A DNA stretch of 64,000 bases from Candidatus Buchananbacteria bacterium. Its GTDB lineage: Bacteria; Patescibacteriota; Patescibacteriia; 2-01-FULL-39-33; JBAYJR01. Every line of letters starts with the position of its first letter. Position 1 is the stretch's first letter. The notes under the pieces are model-generated. The model was not told where the DNA came from and ran no database searches. It worked only from the letters and a program-made list of their open reading frames with translations. Where the stretch lies: contig JBAYJR010000001.1 in the NCBI GenBank assembly GCA_041665005.1, forward strand, positions 4,727 through 68,726. The letters run 5' to 3'. A program made the position numbers and the translations under genes. Positions 1 to 9,770 of this stretch are shown here, one piece after another.

Positions 1-5
1 AATTA

Positions 6-752
6 TTGCATCCGGGAGGCTTACAGCAAGTTGGCCAAGAGAAAGTTTTAAACAGTTTAATGGCCAAGCTTTATCAGTTGGTAACTAAAAAATTAATGGG
101 TAGTCCGGCGAAAGTAATTTTTCCTTCACAGTGGATTAAAGATTTGTTTGAGCAAAAAAAGTTTTTTCCCCAGTCAATTAAGTTAGTCTTACCCAATCCG
201 GTTAGCGCTGAATTATTAGCGGTTAAAACTAAGCGCGAGGCAAAAACGGTTAGCAGTTTAGAACTGTTTTACGCCGGGCAGATTGAAGCACACAAGGGGA
301 TTTTGTGGCTGGTGGAAGTTTTAAAAGATTTAAGTTTAGATTTTAGCTTAAAAATTGCCGGTCAGGGGACTAAAGTTCTGGCGTTACAAAAAATTATAGC
401 CCAAGATCCGCGGTTTATTTATTTAGGGTTGCAAAATCAATCACAAATTTTTCAAGCTTATCAGCAAGCTGATTTTACCATCGTGCCGTCATTAGTTTAT
501 GAAAGTTATTCTTTGGCAACGGCTGAATCGTTAATTTTGGGCACCCCGGTAATTGGCGTTAATTTGGGCGGAATCGCCGAACTGGTGTTAGACACCAGGA
601 ATGGTTTTTTGTATGTCCCAGGGTCAAAATTAAGCTTTGTAGGGGCCTTAGAAAAGGCCAAAATAGCCGACTGGTTGGCGTTGAGCCAGCAGGCTCAGGT
701 TTCGGTTAAAATGGTCAAAATTGAGGATTATGTAAAACAGGTTTTAAGTTAA
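6..752 (+). CDS. Glycosyltransferase family 4 (GT-B), probably 5'-truncated by the window edge
   Basis: GT4 C-terminal motifs YAGQIEAHKG and PSLVYESYSLATAESLILGTPVI. Confidence 0.85.
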   Translation: MHPGGLQQVGQEKVLNSLMAKLYQLVTKKLMGSPAKVIFPSQWIKDLFEQKKFFPQSIKLVLPNPVSAELLAVKTKREAKTVSSLELFYAGQIEAHKGILWLVEVLKDLSLDFSLKIAGQGTKVLALQKIIAQDPRFIYLGLQNQSQIFQAYQQADFTIVPSLVYESYSLATAESLILGTPVIGVNLGGIAELVLDTRNGFLYVPGSKLSFVGALEKAKIADWLALSQQAQVSVKMVKIEDYVKQVLS

Positions 753-792
753 AATTCTAGCTGTTTTTTGGTTTATTATTTTATAAAAAGAA

Positions 793-822
793 AAACCCAC
801 GAAGTTTAAACTTCGTGGGTTT
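793..822. terminator. Bidirectional intrinsic terminator
   Basis: Perfect inverted repeat AAACCCACGAAG-TTTAAA-CTTCGTGGGTTT between convergent genes. Confidence 0.8.
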
Positions 823-880
823 GTTGTTTTTTGTTTAAGCATTTTAGCATGGTGTGGTACTAAAAGCTTATTTTTTAAGT

Positions 881-1315
881 TTAGCTTTGGGGATTATCGT
901 AGTTTATTACGAGATAATTTTTCCCCAGTCCGGCGCGAATATAATAGTATAACGCGCGGACTTCAACTACCTTTTCTCCCTGTATGGTCAGGGAGTATTC
1001 GTTTTTGTTGCTGTTGTCAAGGATTCCTGTGGCTCCCCCTAGAGTATATAAACCTCGGGTTCGGGGAGGATTGTCTGCAAAGTTATCCTGAATACTCAAA
1101 CCGGAGATGTGTTTTTTTAAAACTTCTGGGACAGGTTTTTGTGGGTCAATGTCAGTATACCATCCCTTGCCCTGGCTAATGGCCGAGTTTCTTTCATTCC
1201 ATATGGAAATTTGGCCTCCGTTTCCGCTTTCAATTTTAAATTTGTCTTCGTGTGCGGTTTTGGTAACCGTTTTTTCATTGAGTATTCCTGGTTTCAAATA
1301 GACTCTTTCTGACAT
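881..1315 (-). CDS. Hypothetical protein
   Basis: ORF 881..1432; likely start MSERVY at 1315, preceded by AAAGGAG; TTGACA promoter near 1465 on the - strand. Confidence 0.6.
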   Translation of the reverse strand: MSERVYLKPGILNEKTVTKTAHEDKFKIESGNGGQISIWNERNSAISQGKGWYTDIDPQKPVPEVLKKHISGLSIQDNFADNPPRTRGLYTLGGATGILDNSNKNEYSLTIQGEKVVEVRALYYYIRAGLGKNYLVINYDNPQS

Positions 1316-1552
1316 GTTTTCTCCTTTTTCGTCCCGGTTTGATTTGCACTCCAATTTTTTTGGAGTTGCAGGCCGTGGTACGATTGGAAATAGTTTTTGT
1401 AATGGACTATTGCTAACACACCTTAGCAACAAAATATCGTAGCATATTTATGGTTTTTTGTCAAGAGTATTAATTCGTTAGCCCAGGTTAAACCTTGACT
1501 TTTTTAATATTTTGTGCTAGGCTGTAGGAAAATAAACAGGGGGATTAGTCTG

Positions 1553-2047
1553 ATGGCAGAACTAAAAAGTTTTAAACAAAAGTTCGATGAGGCCGAACAG
1601 CAACGGCTTGAAAATAAAATTAATTTAGAAATTCAGCGAAACTTTAATCCAGCTGACGCTGAAAGTTTTTTTACTTTCTGGAGTTACCTTGAGGTGACAC
1701 AGAGAGCCGAAGAAAAAATATTAGTTGATTCGGAATATCTGTTGCGGTTAGTCATTTTTAGTTTAGTCGCAACAGTGGGCTTGTTTTTTTGTAGATTTGG
1801 TCAGTCGTTGGTGGCGGTGGCGGCGCTTTGGAGCTGGATCGCGACCGGAAAAAAACTTCTTCTGTTTGGTAAGAATTCAAAATATTTTTACCAAGCCAGG
1901 AAAACTTTGTTAGAGGTAATTGACAAAGATCCTGAACACAACAAGGCTATTATGCTAAAAGCTAGAAAGATTTTTTTAGAATATAAGGCAATCTGGCCAG
2001 AAGAGATTTTGTCAGAAGGCGATTTGCGAAGTAAAGCAGGAAAATAA
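1553..2047 (+). CDS. Hypothetical membrane protein
   Basis: Hydrophobic segments in the middle of the ORF; likely ATG MAELK; followed by hairpin/U-tract. Confidence 0.6.
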   Translation: MAELKSFKQKFDEAEQQRLENKINLEIQRNFNPADAESFFTFWSYLEVTQRAEEKILVDSEYLLRLVIFSLVATVGLFFCRFGQSLVAVAALWSWIATGKKLLLFGKNSKYFYQARKTLLEVIDKDPEHNKAIMLKARKIFLEYKAIWPEEILSEGDLRSKAGK

Positions 2048-2179
2048 TTTCCTGCTTTTTTTATTAATTTAAAACAATTAAATTGAGGTGGATTTGATAT
2101 TGAAGTAGGCTATTTAGACTTGACAATTTGGGTTTATCGTGCTAGAGTAATTTGATAGTAAAAATTTTAGGAGGAATAT

Positions 2180-2707
2180 TTGATGAATATTCTATTTATT
2201 CCGGTTTGTGAAGCTAGTCCACCAGAAAATTTGGCGGGCACGGAAAATTTAAGGAGATTGAAAACCGGGTTGCGACTTTATCAATCCGGCGGATATGAGT
2301 TTATTTTACTCAGCGGTGGTGGTGGCACTATTGTTGAGTGGCCAAGTACACGTTTAATGCAGCGGTATTTGGTCAGGAATGGCGTGCCGAGCGATAAAAT
2401 TATTGTTGAGCAATGCTCGGTCACGACCTTTGAGAACGTAGAGTTTTCCTTACAAATTTTGCGGGAGGAATTTCCCGGTAAGGAAATTTGGCTGACGGTA
2501 GTCAGTCAATGGCAGCACACGTTACGGTTTTGGCTGACCTTGCGGGCTTATGAGGTTAAGTTCATAATTTGCCCCCAACCAAGCCAAGTGTCTGGTTGGC
2601 AAACTTTAGGAGAGTGGGCTTACCTGGTTTACACCTGGTATGATCCTACGGGGAGGAAATATTTCGCCAAATGGGGCGCCAAAAGGCGTCGCCAGAAGCG
2701 CCGGTAA
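2180..2707 (+). CDS. YdcF/DUF218 family protein
   Basis: Motifs ILLSGG, GVPSDKIIVEQCSVTTFENV, VVSQWQHTLR; upstream TTGACA and AGGAGG. Confidence 0.8.
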   Translation: MMNILFIPVCEASPPENLAGTENLRRLKTGLRLYQSGGYEFILLSGGGGTIVEWPSTRLMQRYLVRNGVPSDKIIVEQCSVTTFENVEFSLQILREEFPGKEIWLTVVSQWQHTLRFWLTLRAYEVKFIICPQPSQVSGWQTLGEWAYLVYTWYDPTGRKYFAKWGAKRRRQKRR

Positions 2708-2793
2708 GAGTTAGGGCTAGTTATTAAAACTAGCCCTTTTATTTTTGGTGAAAATTTGGTAAACTAAAGAGGATTTAAAGCTAAATTTAATTT

Positions 2794-3834
2794 ATGGATT
2801 TTGGTACAATTTTATTAATTTTTTTAGTGCTAGCCGGTTTTGCAGCGGTAATTTTAGTGTTGAACAAAAAAAATACTCAGCCAGAAAACACGCAAGGTAT
2901 GACGATGTTGCAAAATCAGCTTAACGAATTGCATCGGGTGGTAGATAACAAATTAAGCGAATCGCATCGTAGCTTACAGCAACAGTTTGGCCAGAGTTTA
3001 AAAATTGTGCAAGATGTGACTGAGAAGTTAACTAAATTAGATGAAACCAACAAGCAAGTTATTTCTTTTGCCGATCAACTACAACAACTGCAAAATATTT
3101 TAAAAAATCCCAAACAACGGGGAGTCTTGGGTGAATATTATTTAGAAACCTTATTAAAAAATGTCCTGCCGCCCGGCAGTTATCAAATGCAGTATCCATT
3201 TAAGGACGGCACGATTGTAGATGCAATAGTTAGAGTAAAAGATAAAGTTATCCCGATTGATTCTAAATTTTCGTTGGAAAATTATAATCGTTTAGTGGAA
3301 GAACGTAACGAAACGGAACGGGCCAGGTTAGAAAAATCTTTTGTGAATGATTTAAAGTTGCGTATTACCGAAACGGCTAAATATATTCAGCCGTCGCAAG
3401 GCACCACGGACTTTGCTTTTATGTTTATTCCGCACGAAGCCATTTACTATGATTTGATTGTTAATAAAATTGGGGCGCTAAAAGATGAAGATACGGAAAA
3501 TTTAATTCAGCGCGCGGCCGGTAAATACAAAGTGATTATTGTTTCGCCCACCTCTTTTTTGGCTTATTTACAGACGGTACTGCAGGGTTTGCGGGCAATG
3601 CAAATTGAAGAATCAGCCAAAGAAATTCGCCAGCGGGTGGAACAATTAGGTAAGCACTTATTAAACTATGATGATTATTTTTCTAAATTAGGCACGCAGT
3701 TGGGCACCACGGTTAATACTTACAACGCCGCTTATAAGGAATTTATGAAAATTGAAAAAGACGTGGTAAAAATCGCCGGTGGCGAAACGCAGCTAGAAAT
3801 AAAGGTTTTGGACAAACCAAACATTGAGCCTTGA
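2794..3834 (+). CDS. rmuC: DNA recombination protein RmuC
   Basis: N-terminal TM helix plus coiled coil; NPKQRGVLGE, IPIDSKF, TTDFAFMFIPHE motifs. Confidence 0.92.
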   Translation: MDFGTILLIFLVLAGFAAVILVLNKKNTQPENTQGMTMLQNQLNELHRVVDNKLSESHRSLQQQFGQSLKIVQDVTEKLTKLDETNKQVISFADQLQQLQNILKNPKQRGVLGEYYLETLLKNVLPPGSYQMQYPFKDGTIVDAIVRVKDKVIPIDSKFSLENYNRLVEERNETERARLEKSFVNDLKLRITETAKYIQPSQGTTDFAFMFIPHEAIYYDLIVNKIGALKDEDTENLIQRAAGKYKVIIVSPTSFLAYLQTVLQGLRAMQIEESAKEIRQRVEQLGKHLLNYDDYFSKLGTQLGTTVNTYNAAYKEFMKIEKDVVKIAGGETQLEIKVLDKPNIEP

Positions 3835-3865
3835 CAATTTTTTTAAAATAATTTACTATTAATTT

Positions 3866-4080
3866 AGTTAGCCTATTCCAGTTTTGGACAGGCCACAGAT
3901 AGCGTTGCTTTATAGTGACCCACTGTCTCAGCATGGAGTAATCCATGGAACTGGGTTTATTGAGTAAAATGGCATATAAAATAAGTGATCGAAGGCTAGA
4001 GAAATACTATATTGCTAAGCCCGAGATGTCGTATTTAAGGCCGGCCCTCTCACCAACCGTTTAGACGGTTGGTTTTATTT
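3866..4080 (+). ncRNA. Candidate stand-alone structured ncRNA, family unassigned
   Basis: TTGACA(3832)-17nt-TACTAT promoter; ~200 nt segment, GC-richer than its flanks, with no convincing ORF; terminator CCAACCGT-TTAG-ACGGTTGG followed by a U-tract. Confidence 0.5.
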
Positions 4081-4142
4081 TTCAGAATAAAACACATAAT
4101 TTCTGCCATATTTAGATTTTTTATGGTAAAATAGAGGTAGTT

Positions 4143-7142
4143 ATGAATAGTAGTTTGCTAAAAGATTTAAATGCCGAACAGCAACAGGCTGTCACTTATG
4201 GTGACGGTCCTTTGTTATTGGTTTCGGGCGCCGGTACTGGTAAAACCACTGTAATTACTCGGCGGCTAGCTTATTTAATTTTGGTTAAGCACGTGCCAAC
4301 TACTGACATCTTAGCCCTGACTTTTACCGACAAGGCCGCCGCCGAAATGGAAGAGCGGGTGGACAAATTAATGCCTTACGGTTATTTGGATATTGCTATT
4401 GGTACTTTTCACGCTTGGTGCGAAAAGTTATTGCAAGATTATGGTTTGGAAATTGGCCTGCCAAATAATTTTAAGTTATTAAATACTACTGAGCAGTGGT
4501 TATTGGTGCGACAAAATTTAGCCAAGTTTAAATTAGATTATTATCGGCCGCTAGGTAATCCTATTCGGTTTATTCACGAACTAATTAAACATTTTTCTCG
4601 CTTGAAAGATGAAAACATTACGCCAGAGCAATATTTGGCCTATGCCGAAAATTTAAAGCTTAATGCCGATTCGGCGGATTTTATTAAAGAATTGATTGAC
4701 GACGAGACGCGCGCCAGTTTGACGGAGTCAGAATTAAAAGAATTATCAACGCAAGAAATTAAAAAAGTTGAGGAAGTGGCCAATGCTTACCACCTTTATC
4801 AGCAATTATTACTAGACAACCAGGCCTTGGATTTTGGCGATTTAATTACCTACAGCTTGCGCCTACTTAAAGCCCGGCCTAAGATTTTAGCTAAGTTAAG
4901 AAAGAAATATCAATATATTCTGGTGGACGAATTTCAGGATACTAATTTAGCGCAATATGATTTGATTAAGTTGTTGGCTACGCCGCGTAATAATCTGACG
5001 GTTTGTGGTGATGATGATCAATCAGTTTATAAATTTCGCGGGGCGGCGATTTCTAACGTTTTACATTTTATGGATGATTTTCCCGCCGCGACTAAGATTT
5101 TTTTAACCAAAAATTATCGTTCGGCGCAAAATATTTTAGATTTGGCTCATGCTTTTATTAAACAAAACGATCCTAATCGTTTGGAATATAAATTGGCTCA
5201 AGGAAAAGCTACACCTAAAAAATTGACCGCACAAATAAAAGCGGACGGCGAAATTTTACATTTACACGCGGCCACTGCCGAACAGGAAGTAAACGCGGTT
5301 TTGAGCAAAATCGCGGAATTAAAAATATCAGACCCCAGTTGTAATTGGAGCGATTTTGCCATTTTGGTGCGCGCCAATGATACTGCCAGTTTATTTATTT
5401 ATGCCTTGGAAAAAAATGAATTGCCTTACCAATTTGTGGCCTCACGGGGTTTATATAGTAAGCCAATTATTTTGGATATTTTAGCTTATTTAAAGTTGTT
5501 GGATAATTATCATGAAGGCCCGGCGCTGTATCGGGTGTTACGTTGGCCGCAGTTTAATTTATCCACGGCCGCCTTGATGAATTTAAGTTATTGGTCCCAG
5601 CGCAAAAGTCAGTCGCTGTATGAAACCTTAAAGCAGGCGGCCGCCGTACCGCAATTGCCCGAAGAAGAAATTGGTGAAGTTAATAAATTATTAGCCTTGA
5701 TTGAAAAACATTCGCAATTAACCAAAACCAAAGCGGTCAGCGAGGTGATTTTAACTTTTTTAGAGGATACAGGTTACCTAAAAGAATTAACCAGGCTTGA
5801 AAATGTTAAATCAGTGGAAGCGGCGGCTCAGTTAGAACAGTTTTATAAAAAAATTAGAGATTGGGAAAGTGCCGCGGCGGAAAAAACGGTGCACAATTTT
5901 TTACAGCTGATTGAGTTTGAATTAGAGGCGGGTGAAGCCGGCGCTTTAAAGCCGTCCACTCAAGCGGGACCGGAAGCGATTAAAGTAATGACCGTGCATG
6001 CCGCTAAAGGCTTGGAATTTAAATATGTCTTTATTGTTAGTTTGGTTGATCGACGGTTTCCGGCCAGTGAACGCAGTGAGGCAATTGAGATACCTAGTAG
6101 TTTGGTTAAGGAACAGTTACCGGTGGGCGATACTCATTTAGAAGAGGAACGGCGGTTATTCTATGTGGCGATGACTCGAGCTAAACAAGGTTTGTATTTA
6201 ACCAGTGCCCAAGATTATGGTGGCGCGCGGGCTAAAAAGTTGTCACGTTTTTTGAATGAATTAGAACCATTGGGATTAAAATTAGCTCCGGCCAAAGAAA
6301 CGGCCGTAGCAAACTTAGAAAATATTTCGGTCAGCGCCGAAGATTGGTCCGAGTTTGTCCCGCAAAAATTTTCTTTTACCCAATTAAAAGCCTTTGAGGC
6401 CTGTCCTTATCAGTATCGTTTTGCTCATTTGTTGCGAATTCCGGTTAAAGGTAAGGCGGTTTTTTCTTTTGGTAAAACCTTGCATAACACTTTGCAAAAG
6501 TTTTTTGTTTTGGTCCAAGAAAGATCCAGTGTGGTTCAGCCAAGTTTATTAGGGGAAAGCCAAGCGGTGGCCGGTAAAATAGTTACTCTGGAGGAATTGC
6601 AGGATTTATATGAACAAAGTTGGCAAGGGGATTGGTTTGAAAGTCCGGAACAAAAAGTTGAATATTTAGCCAAAGGTAGAAGTATTTTAAAAAATTTTTA
6701 TCAATCGCTGGGTGAAAAATTCCCAGTCCCGCTTTATTTGGAATATCCGTTCAATTTAAAAATTTCCGATGGCCAAGATTATACTATTAAAGGAGTAATT
6801 GATCGAGTAGATGAAGAGGCCGGTCAATTAGTGTTGATTGATTATAAAACTGGAACGGCCAAAAATCCTAGTAAATTAACCTTGGAAGACAAAGAACAGC
6901 TGTTAATTTATCAAATCGCGGCTGAAGAAATTTTTGACCGGCCCGTCCAGAAGCTGTATTATTACTATTTAGAAGGTGATCTTAAGGCGGAGTTCTTGGG
7001 CACGGCCAAAGAATTGGAGAAAGTAAAGAATAAAGTGATTAAAACGATTGAAGAAATTAGGCGAGGAAAATTTTTACCCACCCCCGGTCGAATTTGTAAG
7101 TTTTGTGATTTTAAAAACATCTGTGAATTTAGAGTTAATTAA
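4143..7142 (+). CDS. UvrD/PcrA-family helicase fused to a C-terminal PD-(D/E)xK nuclease (AddA/AdnB-like, putative Fe-S ligands)
   Basis: GAGTGKT, LVDEFQD, TVHAAKGLE, EEERRLFYVAMTRA; C-terminal GVIDRVD...IDYKTG, QLLIY, Cys set CPY...CKFCDFKNIC. Confidence 0.92.
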   Translation: MNSSLLKDLNAEQQQAVTYGDGPLLLVSGAGTGKTTVITRRLAYLILVKHVPTTDILALTFTDKAAAEMEERVDKLMPYGYLDIAIGTFHAWCEKLLQDYGLEIGLPNNFKLLNTTEQWLLVRQNLAKFKLDYYRPLGNPIRFIHELIKHFSRLKDENITPEQYLAYAENLKLNADSADFIKELIDDETRASLTESELKELSTQEIKKVEEVANAYHLYQQLLLDNQALDFGDLITYSLRLLKARPKILAKLRKKYQYILVDEFQDTNLAQYDLIKLLATPRNNLTVCGDDDQSVYKFRGAAISNVLHFMDDFPAATKIFLTKNYRSAQNILDLAHAFIKQNDPNRLEYKLAQGKATPKKLTAQIKADGEILHLHAATAEQEVNAVLSKIAELKISDPSCNWSDFAILVRANDTASLFIYALEKNELPYQFVASRGLYSKPIILDILAYLKLLDNYHEGPALYRVLRWPQFNLSTAALMNLSYWSQRKSQSLYETLKQAAAVPQLPEEEIGEVNKLLALIEKHSQLTKTKAVSEVILTFLEDTGYLKELTRLENVKSVEAAAQLEQFYKKIRDWESAAAEKTVHNFLQLIEFELEAGEAGALKPSTQAGPEAIKVMTVHAAKGLEFKYVFIVSLVDRRFPASERSEAIEIPSSLVKEQLPVGDTHLEEERRLFYVAMTRAKQGLYLTSAQDYGGARAKKLSRFLNELEPLGLKLAPAKETAVANLENISVSAEDWSEFVPQKFSFTQLKAFEACPYQYRFAHLLRIPVKGKAVFSFGKTLHNTLQKFFVLVQERSSVVQPSLLGESQAVAGKIVTLEELQDLYEQSWQGDWFESPEQKVEYLAKGRSILKNFYQSLGEKFPVPLYLEYPFNLKISDGQDYTIKGVIDRVDEEAGQLVLIDYKTGTAKNPSKLTLEDKEQLLIYQIAAEEIFDRPVQKLYYYYLEGDLKAEFLGTAKELEKVKNKVIKTIEEIRRGKFLPTPGRICKFCDFKNICEFRVN

Positions 7143-7181
7143 AAAAACTTTTTAACTTTATACTTTTTACTTGATAACTAA

Positions 7182-7478
7182 ATGTCAATGCACCAGCTAA
7201 AAGATTTATTGCAACGCTCCGTTAATCGAGCGGGAATTTCTAAAGAAGTGGAAGCTTCTTTGATTTGTGAAAAATTTTTGGAAGTGGTTAAAGAAACGTT
7301 TGGCGCGGCTTGGCAAAAAAATTGTAAGCCGCTTTATGTTAAAAATAATACGATTACGGTGGCTTGTTTAAACAACGTCGTGGCCCAAGAAATAAAATTA
7401 CGGGAAAAAGTTTTGCTGGCTAGTTTAGAAAAAATTTTAAAAAAGAAAAGCGTAGAAAGGATTAGGTTTGTAATTTAG
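7182..7478 (+). CDS. DUF721/DciA-family protein
   Basis: 98 aa; pattern LYVKNNTITVACLNNVVAQEIKL...VERIRFVI resembles the DUF721 KH-like fold. Confidence 0.7.
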   Translation: MSMHQLKDLLQRSVNRAGISKEVEASLICEKFLEVVKETFGAAWQKNCKPLYVKNNTITVACLNNVVAQEIKLREKVLLASLEKILKKKSVERIRFVI

Positions 7479-7490
7479 TAAAGAAGTCAA

Positions 7491-7581
7491 AAAGTGTAAA
7501 GTGTAAAGTGTAAAGTGTAAAGTGTAAAGTGTAAAGTGTAAAGTGTAAAGTGTAAAGTGTAAAGTGTAAAGTGTAAAGTGT
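7491..7581 (+). repeat. Perfect tandem repeat (AAAGTGT)x13
   Basis: Counted directly; ends 7 nt before the ATG at 7589. Confidence 0.98.
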
Positions 7582-7588
7582 AAAAGTA

Positions 7589-7933
7589 ATGAGGATTGAA
7601 AAATTTGAAGATATTTATGCCTGGCAAAAGGGGAGACAACTAGTAATTGAAGTTTATCGGTTAACGGAGGATAGTCGGGATTATTCTTTTAGAGATCAAT
7701 TAAGGCGGGCCAGTATTTCTGTTATGAACAATATTGCCGAAGGCTTTGAACGAAATACTAATCAGGAATTTAAACATTTTTTGTACATTGCCAAAGGCTC
7801 GTGTGGTGAGGTAAGATCGATGTTGTATTTGACTTTAGAGTTTAATTATTTTACCACTGAGCAGTTTAATAAAGTGTATAGTTTGTCAGTCGAAATTTCT
7901 AGGTTACTGGCTGGTTTAATAAAATCCTTATAG
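7589..7933 (+). CDS. Four-helix-bundle protein (23S rRNA IVP / bAvd-like family)
   Basis: FEDIYAWQKG, DQLRRASISVMNNIAEGFER, FLYIAKGSCGEV motifs. Confidence 0.9.
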   Translation: MRIEKFEDIYAWQKGRQLVIEVYRLTEDSRDYSFRDQLRRASISVMNNIAEGFERNTNQEFKHFLYIAKGSCGEVRSMLYLTLEFNYFTTEQFNKVYSLSVEISRLLAGLIKSL

Positions 7934-8004
7934 TTTTTACGCTCTTTACTTTTTACTTTCTATTTTTAACTATTTAATTTTTAATTTTTAATTTTTAAAT
8001 TTAT

Positions 8005-8163
8005 ATGCGTGATCATGCTCGGGGCAAGTCAAACAAAAAAGTAGTGGGTTATCGAACGCCGTCTCGCTTTAAAGTGGTGGGTCCGCAGGCCAATCAACGC
8101 GAACAAGGACATTTTAGTCGGCCAACCGAAGCCCAACGGAGCCGCGCTTTTAAGGCTAAATAA
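8005..8163 (+). CDS. Small basic protein, 52 aa (not in the ORF track)
   Basis: MRDHARGKSNKKVVGYRTPSRFKVVGPQANQREQGHFSRPTEAQRSRAFKAK*; AT-rich leader like the core genes; followed by a terminator hairpin at ~8168-8193. Confidence 0.55.
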   Translation: MRDHARGKSNKKVVGYRTPSRFKVVGPQANQREQGHFSRPTEAQRSRAFKAK

Positions 8164-8177
8164 AAAAACCGCAAATT

Positions 8178-8855
8178 TTAAAATTTGCGGTTAGTAGCTA
8201 AAGGTTTTTCGGTTAGTTTTTTTCTGTCGCTGATAATTTTATCCAGACCAACACACTGGATATTTTTTTGTTTCAACCAAGCTAGTAGGTCCGGCAAATA
8301 ATTCAAAGTTTCTGTTTGGTCGTGCAGTAAAATTATTGACGGCCAAGTCAGCTCGGCTAACTGGCTAGTAACACAAGCCAGGGCTTTTTCTGGTTTTTGC
8401 CAGTCGCGACTATCTACTTGCCAAGTAACTGTTTGATAGCCTAAGCGGTCAAGGGTTAGTTGGTTAGCCCCGTTATACCGACCAGCGGGCGGCCGGAAAT
8501 AAATTGGTTTGGTGCCAAAATATTCCTGGCAGAGTTTTTCGGTGGTGGTAATTTGACTAACTAATTGTTGGTCCGTTAGTTTGGTAATATTGGGGTGATC
8601 AAAAGTGTGGTTGCCGATCAGACAATTATTAGCTAATGCTTGTTGCAAAGCCGAATAATACTTAGGTAATTGTTCGCCGATAACAAAAAAGGTTACGGAA
8701 CAAGAATTTGCGGCCAAAGTTGAAACAATGGCCTGGGTATTAATTGTTGGCGCGTCATCAATTGTTATGGCTACTTCCGTTGGCCAGGCTAATAAAGCCT
8801 GGTTTGTTAATAAACTTAACCCCAAATAGAGCCCCAGTAGTGTTTTTTTGGTCAT
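8178..8855 (-). CDS. Polysaccharide deacetylase (NodB/CE4) with signal peptide
   Basis: AITIDDAP, IGNHTFDHP, YFRPPAG, DSRDW, IILLHD. Confidence 0.9.
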   Translation of the reverse strand: MTKKTLLGLYLGLSLLTNQALLAWPTEVAITIDDAPTINTQAIVSTLAANSCSVTFFVIGEQLPKYYSALQQALANNCLIGNHTFDHPNITKLTDQQLVSQITTTEKLCQEYFGTKPIYFRPPAGRYNGANQLTLDRLGYQTVTWQVDSRDWQKPEKALACVTSQLAELTWPSIILLHDQTETLNYLPDLLAWLKQKNIQCVGLDKIISDRKKLTEKPLATNRKF

Positions 8856-8983
8856 GATTTATCCCTCCTAAATAGTATTGAGCAGTTTAGCATATTCGGG
8901 GGTTTTAGCAAGGGGATGGAGTTTAAATATTGGTAATAAATAATTAATTTTGGCTTAAATAAGCCAATATATAAGAATGACAC

Positions 8984-9012
8984 TTGACAAGATTTTGAAT
9001 ATGTGATATACT
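8984..9012 (+). promoter_or_regulatory. Near-consensus sigma70 promoter heading the hairpin/small-ORF array
   Basis: TTGACA-17nt-TATACT with extended -10 TG. Confidence 0.75.
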
Positions 9013-9096
9013 GTAATATTACGATAAGAAATCGTAATTAGCAGTTAAAATTGTTTTTTACAAAATTTAATCAAAATTCTCTGAGGAGAGAGTTTT

Positions 9097-9188
9097 TATT
9101 GTCATTGCGAGGCTGTTTGCCGTGGCGATCTTTAGCTAGTCTAAAGATTTGTTTCACCCCGTTTAAACGTGGCTTGCAATGACAAAAT
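9097..9188. repeat. GTCATTGCGAG...GCAATGAC palindromic (REP/RPE-like) element
   Basis: Terminal inverted repeat TTGTCATTGC/GCAATGACAA with internal hairpins. Confidence 0.6.
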
Positions 9189-9407
9189 AAAAAACTCTCC
9201 ATTAGGTGAGTTTTTTTGTTTAATGCTAGCCGCAGTGTTGTTGAGAATCAAGTTCTAAAACAGGGAGAAAAACACATTATGTTATATTAGAGCCCGAAAG
9301 TTTTTCATCAGGTATCCTCAATAACACCGTGGCCAGCCAGATTCATTAAACTGACCATTGGCTAATCGGCGACCAGACCCCAACCTGCCTATTGGTTTCC
9401 ATTTAAA

Positions 9408-9506
9408 GGCTGGAAAAACTTTGTTTTAAGTTTAAAAACTTAAAATGATAGCAGCCTCCTTCCTCTGAGGAGACAAGAATTTTTTCTTGGCTTCTCAGAG
9501 AAGGGA
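9408..9506 (+). repeat. Array element C, copy 1 (double hairpin)
   Basis: GGCTGGAAA..CAGCC hairpin followed by GGAGACAA..TTGGCTT..GAAGGG hairpin; homologous to 10791-10883. Confidence 0.75.
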
Positions 9507-9547
9507 CAAAAATTTGTTCCAGATTGATTTTTAGAAAGGAGAAAACT

Positions 9548-9721
9548 ATGTTTTCTTTTTGCTATTACGCGGTGTTAATCACCGCAATGTTCGCTCTTTT
9601 TTTTACGGCAGTATATAAAGGCTTAGTAAAAAAAGATTATCTCAAGTTTGGTATCTGTATGGGGTTGATGAATTTTTTCGGCCTCATCATCATGGTATCA
9701 AAGTGGATGCTAAACATATAG
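9548..9721 (+). CDS. Small two-TM hypothetical protein (array ORF1)
   Basis: AAGGAG SD, ATG at 9548, two hydrophobic stretches. Confidence 0.6.
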   Translation: MFSFCYYAVLITAMFALFFTAVYKGLVKKDYLKFGICMGLMNFFGLIIMVSKWMLNI

Positions 9722-9730
9722 GTTTCTAAA

Positions 9731-9770
9731 GGTATCCGAGAGAATACTAAGGTATAAATACCATCTCTCG
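9731..9770 (+). repeat. Array element A, copy 1 (putative pseudoknot)
   Basis: GGTATCCGAGAGAATACTAAGGTATAAATACCATCTCTCG; further copies at 11190 and 11561. Confidence 0.85.

Noticed and set aside
4143-7142. Helicase-nuclease fusion as a novel defence system
   Set aside because: Architecture matches known UvrD/AddA-type repair enzymes and the context is housekeeping.
7589-7933. Complete DGR locus around the Avd-like gene
   Set aside because: No reverse transcriptase ORF or template repeat is visible in the window.
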